Shown: positions 11,449-23,500 of the stretch, piece after piece
Layout of the letters: every line of letters starts with the position of its first letter
Numbering within the stretch: position 1 is the first letter of the stretch
Assembly (NCBI RefSeq): GCF_009914755.1
Contig: NC_060945.1
Direction: 5' to 3' (one strand)
Origin: the human T2T-CHM13v2.0 reference genome, Homo sapiens
Length of the DNA: 64,000 bases
The notes under the pieces: model-generated
What the model was told of the DNA's origin: nothing
The model's database searches: none
Seen by the model: the letters and a program-made list of their open reading frames with translations, nothing else
Program-made: the position numbers and the translations under genes

Positions 11449-12445
11449 AAGGTGGTCCTGACCTTTGATAAATCTCATTATTGATTGATACCAACCTGGG
11501 CTATCTTTATTGCCCAAACCAACAGGATAATTTGCTGAGGTTGTGGAGCTTCTCCCCTGCAAAGAGTCCCTGATCTCCCAAAATCTGGTTGACATCTAAG
11601 TTTGATTTTGCTGTACAACTCCTTTTTTGAAGTTTTACTCATTTCCAACAAGGAAGGCAAGTTTTCCTGCTTCTTTGATGATGGAGAGCAAGCATCTCCT
11701 TTCCTGAGTTTCAGCTTGCTTCTGACAGGGAAGGTGAGTGTAAGTTGTTTCCAGCTTCTAAGATGGCAGAGAACGATCACCAACCTGAGCCTTGTTTCCA
11801 GGTAAGTAGCTGAATTAGAGTTTTGTTTTAAAATTTTTCCTTAATGACTAAAATTTAAGATTACTCACCAGCTGCTTTTAATTTCTGCTTTTAGTTTCTC
11901 CTTACCATTAGAACACTCAGTAATCATATGAATTGTGCATTTGTTGTTTTGCTTAACTCTTTTTGTTTGTTTATGCTTGGGGCTTTATTGTTGTTGTTTC
12001 ACTTTTCTCCTGTCTCTTCCTGACTTGGTCAAATCCAAAGGAATTTTCCAAATTGTGGGGAGCAAGGCCTCTGAATTGGCTAAAACTCCTATGGCTGCAA
12101 ACAAACAAACAAACAAACAAATAAACAACAACAAAAAACTTTCCAGTTAGCAGAAATTATTTTTTAAAACTTTTTTTTTTACATAAGTGGTCTCATCTAC
12201 ATAACAAGGCCACCGTTTTGCTAGCCAAGGCCAAACTGAAGGAGTAGTGGTGGTGACCCAATGTGAAGATTCTGCCCTGTTCACTACAGAATCCTGAGTT
12301 TGGTTCCTAAGTCTAGTTCTTTCTGTTTGATATTTGTGTTACTTTTAAAGCGTCAGCATTTTGTCCCAGTTACGATGTGGTAATAAAAGATTCAAAAGGA
12401 TTTTCTTTACAAGTTCTATGATTAAAAGCTTAACTAAAAGCAAAT
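11449..12445. mobile_element. Probable ERV1 (MER4-group-like) internal fragment
   Basis: AT-rich non-coding sequence resembling MER4-group internal regions; no LTR seen. Family assignment is weak. Confidence 0.4.
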
Positions 12446-14055
12446 TTCTTTTTTTTCTTAATTATACTTTAAGTTCTGGGGTACATGTGCAGAACATGCA
12501 GGTTTGTTACATAGGTATACACATGCCATGGTGGCTTGCTGCATCCATCAACCCATGATCTACATTAGTTATTTCTCCTAATGCCATCCCTCTCCTAGCC
12601 CCCCACCCTGACAGGCCCTGGTGTGTGATGTTCCCCTTCCTGTGTCCATGTGTTCCCATTGTTCAACTCCCAGTTATGAGTGAGAACATGTGGTGTTTGG
12701 TTTTCTGTTCTTCTGTTAGTTTGCTGAAAATGATGGTTTCCAGCTTCATTCATGTCCCAGCAAATGACATGAATTCATCCCTTTTTATGGCTGCATAGTA
12801 TTCCATGGTGTATATATGCCACATTTTCTTTATCCAGTCTATCATTGGTGGGCATTTGGGTTGGTTCTAAGTCTTTGCTGTTGTGAACAGTGCCGCAATA
12901 AACAGACAGGTGCATGTGTCTTTATATTAGAATGATTTATAATTTTGGGGGTATATACCCTGTAATGGGATTGCTGGGTCAAATGATATTTCTGGTTGTA
13001 GATCCTTGAGGAATTGACACATTGTCTTTCACAATGGTTGAAATAATTTATATTCCCACCAACTGTGTAAAAGCTTTCCTATTTCTCCACATCCTCTCTA
13101 GCATTTGTTCTTTCCTGATTTTTTAACGATGACCATTCTAAGTGGTGTGAGATTGTATCTCATTGTGGTTTTGATTTCCATATCTCTAATGACCAATGAT
13201 GATGTGCTTTGCTTCACATGTTCGTTGGTTATATAAATGTCTTCTTTGGTAAGTGTCTGTTCATATCCTTTGCTCACTTTTTGATGGGGTTTTTTTTCTT
13301 GTAAATTTGTTCTTTGTAGATTCTGCATATTAGCCCTTTGTCAGATGGATAGATTGCAACAATGTTCTCCCATTCTGTGGGTTGCCTGTTCACTCTGATA
13401 ATAGTTTCTTTTGCGCTGCAGATACTCTTAAGTTTAGTTAGATCCCATTTGTAAATTTTGGTTTTTGTAGCCATTGCTTTTGGTGTTCTAGTGATGAAGT
13501 ATCTGCCCATGGCTATGTCCTGAATGGTATTGCCTAACACAAGGACATTTCTGTGCCTGAGTGCTATACCACCCAAAGTAATTTGTAGACTCATTGCTAT
13601 CCCCATCAAGCTACCATTACTTTCTTCACAGAATTAGAAAAACTACTTTAAATTTCATATGGAAGCAAAAAAGAGCCCACATAGCCAAGACAATCCTAAG
13701 CAAAAACAACAAAGCTAGAGGCATCACAGTACCTGACTTCAAATTATTCTACAAGGCTACAGTAACCAAAACAGCATGGGGCTGGTACCAAATCAGATCT
13801 ATACACCAATGGAACAGAACAGAGGCCTCAGAAATGACACCACACATCTAAAAACATCTGATCTTTGACAAACCTGACAAAAACAAGCAATGGGTAAAGG
13901 ATACCCTATTTAATAAATGATGTTGGGAAAACTGGCTAGCCAAATGCAGAAAACTGAAACTGGGCCACACCCATACACCTCAAACAAAAATTAAGTAAGA
14001 TGGATGAAAGAGTTAGAAGTAAGACCTAAAACCATAAAAAATCTAGAAGAAAACC
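12446..14055 (-). mobile_element. 5'-truncated, 5'-inverted L1PA (minus-strand 3' end 12446-13536; inverted ORF2 segment 13563-14055)
   Basis: Poly(T), then TTATACTTTAAGTTCTGGGGTACATGTGCAG (L1PA 3' end, reverse complement). The plus-strand piece ends ...CTAGAAGAAAACC and the minus piece begins TAGGCAATACC, which are adjacent positions in the L1 consensus. Confidence 0.88.
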
Positions 14056-14129
14056 GACGCCACCAACCTCAGGGGAAATGTACCTGTAGTGAAATGCATG
14101 GTACAAACAAGCATTCCCTGCTTCCTTGA

Positions 14130-17100
14130 GTGGGCGACGTTGATGGCTAGTCCAACCACTTCAGGCACACCCTTGCAAACACGGCTGGTTTCTCTTTGAG
14201 CCAGCTTGGCCTTGCCTGGCATACACAAGCCTCAATGCAACAACTGTGCTAAAAATGGAGCCACACAGAGGAAATGAGCAGCAAGCTCAGAAGCAGGATG
14301 TGCACTGCCTTTGGGGCTCCAGTCCATGCCTCAGGGCTTGTATGGGACTGCAGGATTCTTGGTTGCCAAGAGGTAGACCATAGACCAGCTGAGGAGGACT
14401 TTATGTTCAAGGGCAGAAAGCAGCCAGGATTACCACCCAGGGGACTCGGCCTTCTGTGGCCCCGGCCAGACTTAGAATTTGGCTCAGGGCAGGACCAGCT
14501 CACTCGGAGCAGTGTGTCAGTAGCTGGGGCCTGTACATGCTAGGCAAGGCTAAGCTGGCTCAAAGAGCAACCAGCCACCACTGCAAGGGTGTTCCTGGAT
14601 GAGGTGGAGCAGCCAGAAACTTCAGCTATACAAGGAAGCAGGGATGGCCATGTTCCCACAGCATGAGTGGCCACCGCTTGATGGCTGATCAAGCAGAGGC
14701 CTGAGGAAAAGCAGATGGAACTTGGGCCCTACCTCTAGGGTAGAAGAACTGATGAACCCTGACCGGTAGCAAGTGAGGTTGGTGGTGGGTCCACCGGCTC
14801 CTGGCACACCCTTGCAGAGGAGGCTGTTTGCTCTTTAAGCCAGCTTGGCCTTGCCTGGCATGCACAGGCCCCAGGTACAGACACGCCGCTCCCAGTGAGC
14901 TTGTTCTGCCTTGGACCAAATTCTAAGTGGCTTAGAATTTGCCCAGCATGCACAAGCCTCAGTGTAATAACTGTGCAACAAATGGAGCCACATAGACGAA
15001 AACGAGCAGCAGGCTCAGAAGCAGGGTGTGCCCTGCCTTTGGGGCTCCAGTCGATGCCTCAGGGCTCCTATGGCACTGCGGGTTTCTTGGTTGCCTAGCT
15101 GCAGACCACAGGCTGTATTGAGGAGGACTTTATGTTCAAGTGCAGAAAGTAGTCAGGATTACCATCCAGGGGACTCTGCCTTCTGTGGTCCTCTCCAGAC
15201 TTAGAATTTGGCCCAAGGCAGGACAAGCTGACTCGGAGCAGAGTGTCAGTACCTGGGGCCTATGCATGCCAGGCAAGGCCAAGCTGGCTCAGAGCAACCA
15301 GCCACCTCTGCAAGGCTGTGCCTGTAGCAGGCGGACAAGCCAGCAACCTCACCCACTCAAGGAAGCCCAGATGGCCAGGTTCCAACAGCATGAGTAGCTG
15401 CCACCTGATGGCTGATGGAGCAGAGTCCTGAGGAAAAGCAGATGGCACTGGGGCCCTAACTCTCGGGCAGAAGAACTGATGTACCGTTACTGGCAGCATG
15501 TGAGGTTGGTGATTGGCCCACCTGTTCCTGGCATACCCTTGCAGAGGTGGCTGGTTGCTCTTTGAGCCAGCTTGGCCTTGCCTGGCATGCACAAGCCTCG
15601 GTGCAACAACTGTGCCACAAATGCAGCCATATATAGGAAAGGAGCAGGAGGCTCAGGAGCAGGGTGTCCACTGCCTTTGGGGCTCCAGTCCATGCCTCAG
15701 GGCTCCTATGGCACTGCAGGTTTCTTTGTTGCCAAGAGGCAGACCAAAGGCCATCTTGAGGAAGATTTTATGTTCAAGTGCAGAAAGCAGCCAGGATTAC
15801 CACCCAGGGGACTCGGCCTTCTGTGGCTCTGGCCTCACAGAATTTGGCCCAAGGCAGGACAAGCTCACTCAGAGCAGTGTGTCAGCAGGTGAGGCCTGTG
15901 CATGCGAGGCAAGGCCAAGCTGGCTCAAAGAGCAAGCAGCCACCTCTGCAAGTGTGTGCCTGGAGCAGGTGGACCAGCCACCAACCTCACCCACTGAAGG
16001 AAGCCAGGATGGCCAGGTTTCCACAGCCTGAGTGGCTGCCTCCTGATGGCTGATGGAGCAGAGGCCTGAGGAAAAGAAGGTGGTATATTTAACTATTTAA
16101 TCCATCTTAAGTTAATTTTTGTATGAAGCAGATGGCACCAGTCCATGCCTCAGGGCTCATATGGCACTGTGGGCCACAGAAGGGCGAGTACCCAGGGTGG
16201 TAATCCTGCCTGCTTTCTGCACTTGAACATAAAGTCCTCCTCAAGACGACCTGTGGTCTGCCTCTTGGCCCCATCTTTAGGGTAGAAGAACTGATGTACC
16301 ACGTCTGGCAGTGAGTGAGGTTGGCGGCTGGTCCATCTGCTCCTGGCACACCCTTGCAGAGGTGGCTGCTTGCTCTTTGAGCCAGCTTGGCCTTGCCTGG
16401 CATGCACAAGCCTCACTGCAACAAATGTGCTACAAATGGAGCCATATAGAGGAAATGATCAGCAGGCTCAGGAACGGGGCATGCACTGCCTTTGTGGCTC
16501 CAGTCCATGCCTCAGGGCTCGTATGGCACTGTAGGCTTCTTGGTCGCCAAGAGGCAGACCACAGGCTTTCTTGAGGAGGACTTTATGTTCAAGTGCAGAA
16601 AGCAGCCAAGATTAGTACCCAGGGGACTGGGCCTTCTGTGGCCCTGGCCAGACTTATAATTTGACCCAAGGCAGGACAAGCTGACTCGGAGCAGAGTGTC
16701 AGTACCTGGGGCCTATGCATACCAGGCAAGGCCAAGCTGGCTCAGAGCAAATAGCCACATCTGCAAGGCTGTGCCTGTAGCCGGCGGACAAGCCAGCAAC
16801 CTCAGCTACTCAAGGAAGGAGGGATGGCCAGGTTCCCACTACCTGAGTGGTTGCCGCCTGATGACTGATAGAGCAGAGGCCTGAGGAAAAGCATATGGCA
16901 CTGGGGCCCTACCTCTAGGGTAGAAGAACTGATGTAACCTGACCAGCAGCGAGTGAGGTTGGTGGCCGGTCCACCGGCTCCTGGCACAACCTTGCAGAGG
17001 TGGCTGCTTGCTTTTTGAGCCAGCTTGGCCTAGCCCGGCATGCACAAGTCTGTGCAACAACTGTGACACAAATGGAGCCACACAGAGAAAACGAGCAGCG

Positions 17101-17385
17101 GGCTCAGGAGCAGGGTGTGTGCTTCCTCGGGGGCTCCAGTCCATGCCTGAGGATTCATATGGCACTGCGGACTTCTTGGTTGCAAAGAGGTAGACCACAG
17201 GCCATCTTCAGGAGGTCTTTATGTGGAAGTGCGGAAAGCAGCCAGGATTACCACCCGTGGGACTCGGCCTTTTGTGGCCCTGGCCTGACAGAATTTGGCC
17301 CAAGGAAGGACAAGCTCACTCAGAGCAACATGTCGGTACCTGGGTCCTGTGCATGCCAGGCAAGGCAAAGCTGGCTCAAAGAGCA
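14130..17385. repeat. REP522-like palindromic repeat array, five ~640-815 bp units
   Basis: GAGCCAGCTTGGCCTTGCCTGGCATGCAC at ~14198, 14837, 15564, 16379 and 17017. Its reverse complement alternates at ~14537, 15264, 15900, 16717 and 17351. The REP522 name is inferred from the palindromic organisation and context. Confidence 0.75.
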
Positions 17386-17397
17386 CCCAGAGCATCC

Positions 17398-18555
17398 ATT
17401 CTGGTGGAGGAGCCAACCACATGGCCAGCTCTGGGTGTGGGCACAGTGCCACATCTTCCATCACTTTCTGATGTATCCTACCAGCACTGAAGAGACAGCC
17501 CAGAGAGAGTGCAAGAGGAAGGCTGAGAAGGATGAGATAGTGAGTGCTGGCTTCTTTCTGACCCTCAGCACACCCCCAGGTGGTGACCATCAACCTTTAG
17601 GGGTGGGAGAGCAAGACTGATGGCTTCAAATGCTTCCCCAAGAAGATGGACACAGGCCACTCAGCTCAACCTCACAGCCAATGAGTTGACAAGCAAGCAG
17701 ATGACAGTCACAGGCTTTTAGAAAGAGCATCAGAAGGTGGCCAGTTTTTCTTCAGCCTCAGCCAGGCCTTGGAACTTGACTAGGCCATCCACTTCACCAG
17801 AGATGCCTTCAAGAACATCAGTGAGCTCTTTGCCAATCAGTCCAGGAAGGACCTGGACCCAGCCATGGACCTGTTAGTGCTGTCTCAGGGACACCAGACC
17901 AACATCCTGGACATCATCCTCATACACAAGGAAGCTCTTTCCAAAGTCACGGGGAACAGGCAACATGTGGCAGACGGGAAGACAGAGGTGCAGAGGCTGA
18001 TGGCGTCATTGTCACAGGAACAGGATTTCTTTGGCCACTTTGGCTGAAATTCACCACTTCCATCCAATTCACTCAAGTGAGAGACTTGACATCACAGATG
18101 GAGCATTTCTTGCAACAAGAGATACTATTTTTTCAAAAAGTCACCTAAAATTTGATAGTGTTGAATGACTAGCTATTTGATTGTGGACTTTTTCCAGTTC
18201 ATGGGTACTTTCTACAGCAGAATGATAACAGTATCAAAGAGCTAGTGCCAGCTATCAGTGGTAGTACAAGGATGACTTTGTGCTCAACTGAAACCCAGCT
18301 GAATATAGAATTGTGTAGGAAAGTGTTAATATGGTGATAGAATAGAAACAGTAGCAAACGTGAACTAAATCATACTATGAATGCCTACACTACCATTATA
18401 ACTTTTTGAAGAATGATAATACCACTTTATTGCCTTTTGAAGCAGGAATATATTAGTGGATATGCTATAGACCTGAAACCCTATAAAGAATCCCAAAGAA
18501 GCTGGCTGGATAAAGCCTGCTATGGATGTCTTTATACTCAAAGACTGATGAGGCA
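17398..18555 (+). pseudogene. SNX18: Processed, 5'-truncated SNX18 pseudogene (end of PX domain, BAR domain and part of the 3'UTR)
   Basis: Translated pieces [99 protein letters not shown] and DSV match the SNX18 C-terminus. The sequence is contiguous where SNX18 is spliced (QKG|ALTK), and it has many frameshifts. Confidence 0.92.
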
Positions 18556-18557
18556 AT

Positions 18558-19690
18558 TCGAATATGTGTCCCCACCAAATCTCACGTTGAGTTATGCTTC
18601 CTAATGTTGGAGGTGGATCCTGGTATAAGGTGATTGAATCATGAAGGCAAATTTCTCATGAGTGGTTCAGCACCATCCCCTTGGTACTGTCCTCACAATC
18701 ATGAGTGAGTTCTCGTGAGATCTGGCCACTGAAAACTCTACATCACTCCCTACTCTCCGCGGTTTCCTCTTGCCATGTGAGACAATTCACTCTTTCATTA
18801 CCTTGCACAATGATTGAAAGATTTCTGAGGCCCCCCAGAAGCAGAAGCACTAGGCTTCCTGTCCACTCTGCAGAACCATGAGCCAATTAGACCTCTTTTT
18901 CAAAACAAATCTTACCAAAAATGGCAAATGAGGACTGGAGCATTCCTATAAAGATACCTGAAAATGTGGAAGCAACTTCGGAACTGGGTAATGGGTAGAG
19001 GTTGGAAGAGTTTGGAGGGCTCCAAAGAAGACAGACAGACGAGAACATTTTTGGACCATCTTAGAGACTGGTTAAATGGCTGTGACAAGAATGCTGACAA
19101 AAACATGGACAGTGAAGGCCAGGCTGAGGGGGCCTCAGATAAAAATAAGAAGCTTTCTGGAAAATGTCTCCTTTTTGGATATGGAAAGCTTACACAATGC
19201 CTGTACCATCATTGTACCTTAGACGCAGTGAACTTGCCTTTTATTTCAGAGACTCGTAGGCAAAAGAGAATGTAGCCTTGACCCAGATGAGACTTTGGAC
19301 TTTGTAACTTTGAGTTAATGCTGAAATGAGTTAAGACTTTGGGAGACTGCTGGCAAGGCATGACTGTATCTTGCAATGTGAGAAGGGCATGAGATTTGTG
19401 GGGTCAGGGACAGAATAATACGGTTTTTCTCTATGCCCCTTCCAAAACTCATGTGAAAGTACACTCCCTAATGTTAGAGTCGGGGCCTAGGTGGAAAAAG
19501 CTTTAATCATAAAGGGGTGGAAGTGGATCCTTCACAAATGGCAAAGCACCAAGCCCTTAATGCCATCCTCCTGATAGTGAGTGAGTTCTCATGAGATCTA
19601 GTAGTTTAAAAGGCTGTGGAATCTCTTTCCTCTCTCTGTCTTGTTCCAACTTCTGCCATATGAAACATGTCATTGCCGCTTGGATTTCCG
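18558..19690 (+). mobile_element. MST/MaLR LTR, deleted internal region and partial second LTR
   Basis: TGTGTCCCCACCAAATCTCA...GAGATCTGG...GCAGAACCATGAGCCAATT LTR, followed by MaLR-int (GAAAATGTGGAAGCAACTT.GGAACTGGGTAATGGG). Confidence 0.85.
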
Positions 19691-20550
19691 GTGTGGCTAG
19701 GAGGGGCCTGATCAGTGTGGGCCTGGTCTGTGGACCTAGGTCAGTGAGGACTATTTAGTGGGATAGTGGTCAGCAGGGGTCTGCTTAGAGAGGGTCTCAT
19801 TAGTGGGGTCTAGTATTGGGGGTTTTGGTGAGTGGGAACCTATTGGCTGCCAGTTGTTTGGTGTCTGGTCAGTGCAAACGTGGGCTGTGGGGCTTGATCA
19901 GTGGAGATCTGGTCAGCTGGGGCTCAGTGCTGGCCTGATCAGCATGGGCTGGGGCACTGGTGACCAGGTCAAGGGGTGCTATTCAGTGGAGGACTGGGCA
20001 CATGGGACCTAGTCAGCAGACCCTGGTGGGCGTGTCCTCATCAGTGAGGTCTTGTCAGTAAGGTCCTGGTCAGTGGAGTCCTTGTCATTGTGTGCCTGGC
20101 AGTGGGGACCTTGTTAGTGGGGCCTGATCATGAGAGTCTAATCAGTGAGGGTGTCGTCAGGGAGGACCTGATGTGCGGGGTCTGGTCAGCAGGGACCTGG
20201 TCACTGTGGGCTGCTGAGCACTGCTTGGATAAGCCAGGTGCAATGTGCATTATTGAAGGCCCTGTGGACAGCTGGGATAGCCCAGTGATGCCCAAGCGCC
20301 TAGTCAAAAGTGGACAAAGCACGTGTTTGGATGGACCTGGGAGATCCTGCTCAGAGATTCTGACAGGACAAAGATAAAGGAAGGGCCAGAGTGGCTGGAG
20401 AGATGGTCACAGTCTATGGGCTGCACAGGATGGAGGAGGCCAGGGAACAGGCAGGGTGGGCAGTTGCGGTTCAGGGAGAGGCAGGTGCATGCTGGGAGGT
20501 CAGACCCTGTGAGGGCTTTGGGGGCGTCAGGTAGGGTAGGCTCCAGGCAC
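19690..20550. repeat. Second copy of the HSAT5-like satellite and GC-rich segment (paralogue of ~4490-5652)
   Basis: Same entry point (TAGGAGGGGCCTGATCAGTGTGGGCCTG) and same downstream GGACCTGGGAGATC..GCTCAGAGATTCTGACAGGACAAAG...GGCTCCAGG as the first copy. Confidence 0.85.
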
Positions 20551-23500
20551 TCTCACTCACATAGGATTCCAGAACACTGCTACAAGGCTCTGAGTGTTTG
20601 TCCCTCACATAGCATTCCAGAACACTGCTGCCATTGTCTGAATGTTTGTCCCCCACATAGGATTCCAGAAGCCTGCTGCTGGGGTCTGAATGTTTGTCCC
20701 CCATCTAGGATTCCAGAACACTGCTGCGAGGGTCTGAATGTATGTCCCTCACATATGATTCTAGAACATTGATGCTAGGGTCTGTATGTTTGCCCTTAAT
20801 GTATGATTTCAAAACACTGCTCCTGGATTCTGAATGTTTGTCCTTCACATAGGAATACAGAACACTGCTGCTGGAGTCTGAATGTTTGTCACTCACATAG
20901 AATTCCAGAACACTGCTGCGAGGATCTGAATATTTGACCCTCATATGGGATTCCAGAACACTGCTGCGAGGGTCTAAATGTCTGTCCCTCACATAGGTTT
21001 CCAGCACAATGTTACGAGGTTCTGAATGTTTGTCCCTAACATAGGATTCCAGAGCACTCCTGCTGTGCTCTGAATGCTTCTCCCTCACATAGGATTCCAG
21101 AACACTGCTACGAGGGTCTGAATGCTTATCCCTCATATGGGATTCCAGAATACTCCTGCTGTGGTCTGAAAGTTTGTTCCTCACATAGGATTCCAGAACA
21201 CTCCTGCCGTGGTCTGAATGTTTGTCCCTCACATAGGATTCCAGAACATTCATGCTGGGGTCTCAATGTTTCCCTTAACATAGGATTTCAGAACACTGCT
21301 CTTGGGGTCTGAATGTTTGTCCCTCACATAGGATTACAGAACACTGCTGCTGGAGTCTGAATGTTTGTCAGTCACATAGAATTCCAGAACACTGCTACAA
21401 GGGTGTGAATATTTCTCCCTCACCTAGTATTCCAGAACACTGTTGCAAGGGTCTGCATGTTGGTCCGTCATATAGGATTCCAGAACACTGCTGCTGTGGT
21501 CTGAATGTTTGTCCCTCACATAGGATTCCGGAACACTGCTACAAGGGTCTGAATGTTTGTCCTTCACATACCATTCCAGAACACTGCTGCCGTGGTCTGA
21601 ATGTATGTCCCTCACATAGGATTCCAGAACACTGCTACTAGGTTCTGAATGTTTCTCCCACACCTAGGATTCCAGAACACTTCTGCTGGTGTCTGAATGG
21701 TTGTCCCTCACATATGATTCCAGGACACTGCTACGAGAGTCTTAATGTTTGTTCTTCACATAGCATTCCAGAACACTGCTGCTGGGGTCTGAATGTCTGT
21801 CCCTCAAATCGGATTCCAGAACACTGCTGCTGGGGTTTGAATGTCTTTCCCTCACATAGAATTCCAGAACATGGTTGGGAGGGTCTGAATGTTTGTCCCT
21901 CACATGGGATACCAGAACACTGCTGCGAGGGTCTAAATGTCTCTCCCTCACATAAGATTCCAGGACACTACTGCGAGATTCTGAATGTTTGTCCCTCACA
22001 TAGGATTCCAGAGCACTCCTGCTGTGGTCTGAATATTTGTCCCTCACATAGGATTCCAGAACACTGCCACGTGGGTCTGAATGTTTGCCCTCACATAGGA
22101 TTCCAGAACACTACTGCTGGGGTCTGAATGTTTGACCCTCACATAGGATTCCAGAAGACTCCTGCTGTGGTCTGAAATTTTATTCATCACATAGGACTCC
22201 AGAACACTGCTAAGAGGGTCTGAATGTTTGTCCCTCACATAGTATTCCAGAACACACCTTCTGTGGTCTGAATGTTTGTTCCTCACATAGGATTCGAGAA
22301 CACTTCTGCTGTGGTCTGAAAGTCTGTTCATCACATAGAACTCCAGAACACTGCTAAGAGGGTCTGAATGTTTGTCCCTCACATAGTATTCCAGAACACT
22401 CCTGCTTTGGTCTAAATGTTTGTTCCTCACATAGGATTCGAGAACACTCCTGTTGTGGTCTGAATGTTTGTCCCTCACCTAGGATTCGAGAACATTCACG
22501 CGGGGATGTGAATGCTTGCACTTAACATAGGATTTTAGAACACTGCTCCTGGGGTCTGAATGTTTGTCCCTCACATAGGATTCCAGAACTCTCCTGCTGT
22601 GGTCTGAAAGTTTGTACCACACATAGGATTCCAGAACTCTCCTGCTGTGGTCTGAATGTTTGTCTGTCACATAGGATTCCAGAACACTGCGGCTGGGCTC
22701 TAAATGTTTGTCCCTCACATTGGATTGCAGAACACTACTGCTATGGTCTGAACGTTTGTCCATCACATAGGATTCCAGAATGTTCATGCTGTGGTCCGAA
22801 AGTTTGTCTGTCACATAGGATTCCAGAACACTGTGGCTGGTGTCTGAATGTCCCTGACATAGGATTCCAGAACACTGCTATGAGGGTCTGAATGTTGGTC
22901 CCTCACACAGGATTCCAGAACCCTCCTGCTGGGGTCTGAATGTTTGTCTCTCACAAAGGATTCCAGAACACTGCTATGAGGGTCTGAATATTTGTCCCTC
23001 ACATAGGATTCCAGAACACTCCTGCTGTGGTCTGAATGGTTGTCCTTCACATAGGATTCCAGAACACTTTCGCTGTGGTACAAATGTTTGTGTCTCATGT
23101 AGGATTCCAGAACACTGCTACGAGGGTCTCAATGTTTGTCCCTCACATAAGATTCCAGAACACTGCTGCTGGGGTCTGAATGCTTGTCCCTCACATAAGA
23201 TTACAGAACACTGTTGCTGGGGTGTGAATGTTTGTCCCTAACATAAGATTCCAGACCACTGCTGCTGGGGTCTCAATGTCTGTCCCTCAAAAAGGATTCC
23301 AGAACACTGCTGCTGGGGTTTGAATGTCTGTCCCTCACATAGAATTCCAGAAGACTGCTGGGAGGGTCTGAATGTTTGTCCCTCACATGGGATTCCAGAA
23401 CACTGCTGCGAGGGTCTAAATGTCTGTCCCTCACATAAGATTACAGCACACTGCTACGAGGTTCTGAATGTTTGTCCCTCACATAGGATTCCCGAGCACT

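Noticed and set aside
14043-17620. Many 60-200 aa ORFs (ARQGQAGSKSKQPPLQ...)
   Set aside because: They are translations of the palindromic repeat on both strands. Only the tail of 17000-17620 enters SNX18 pseudogene sequence.
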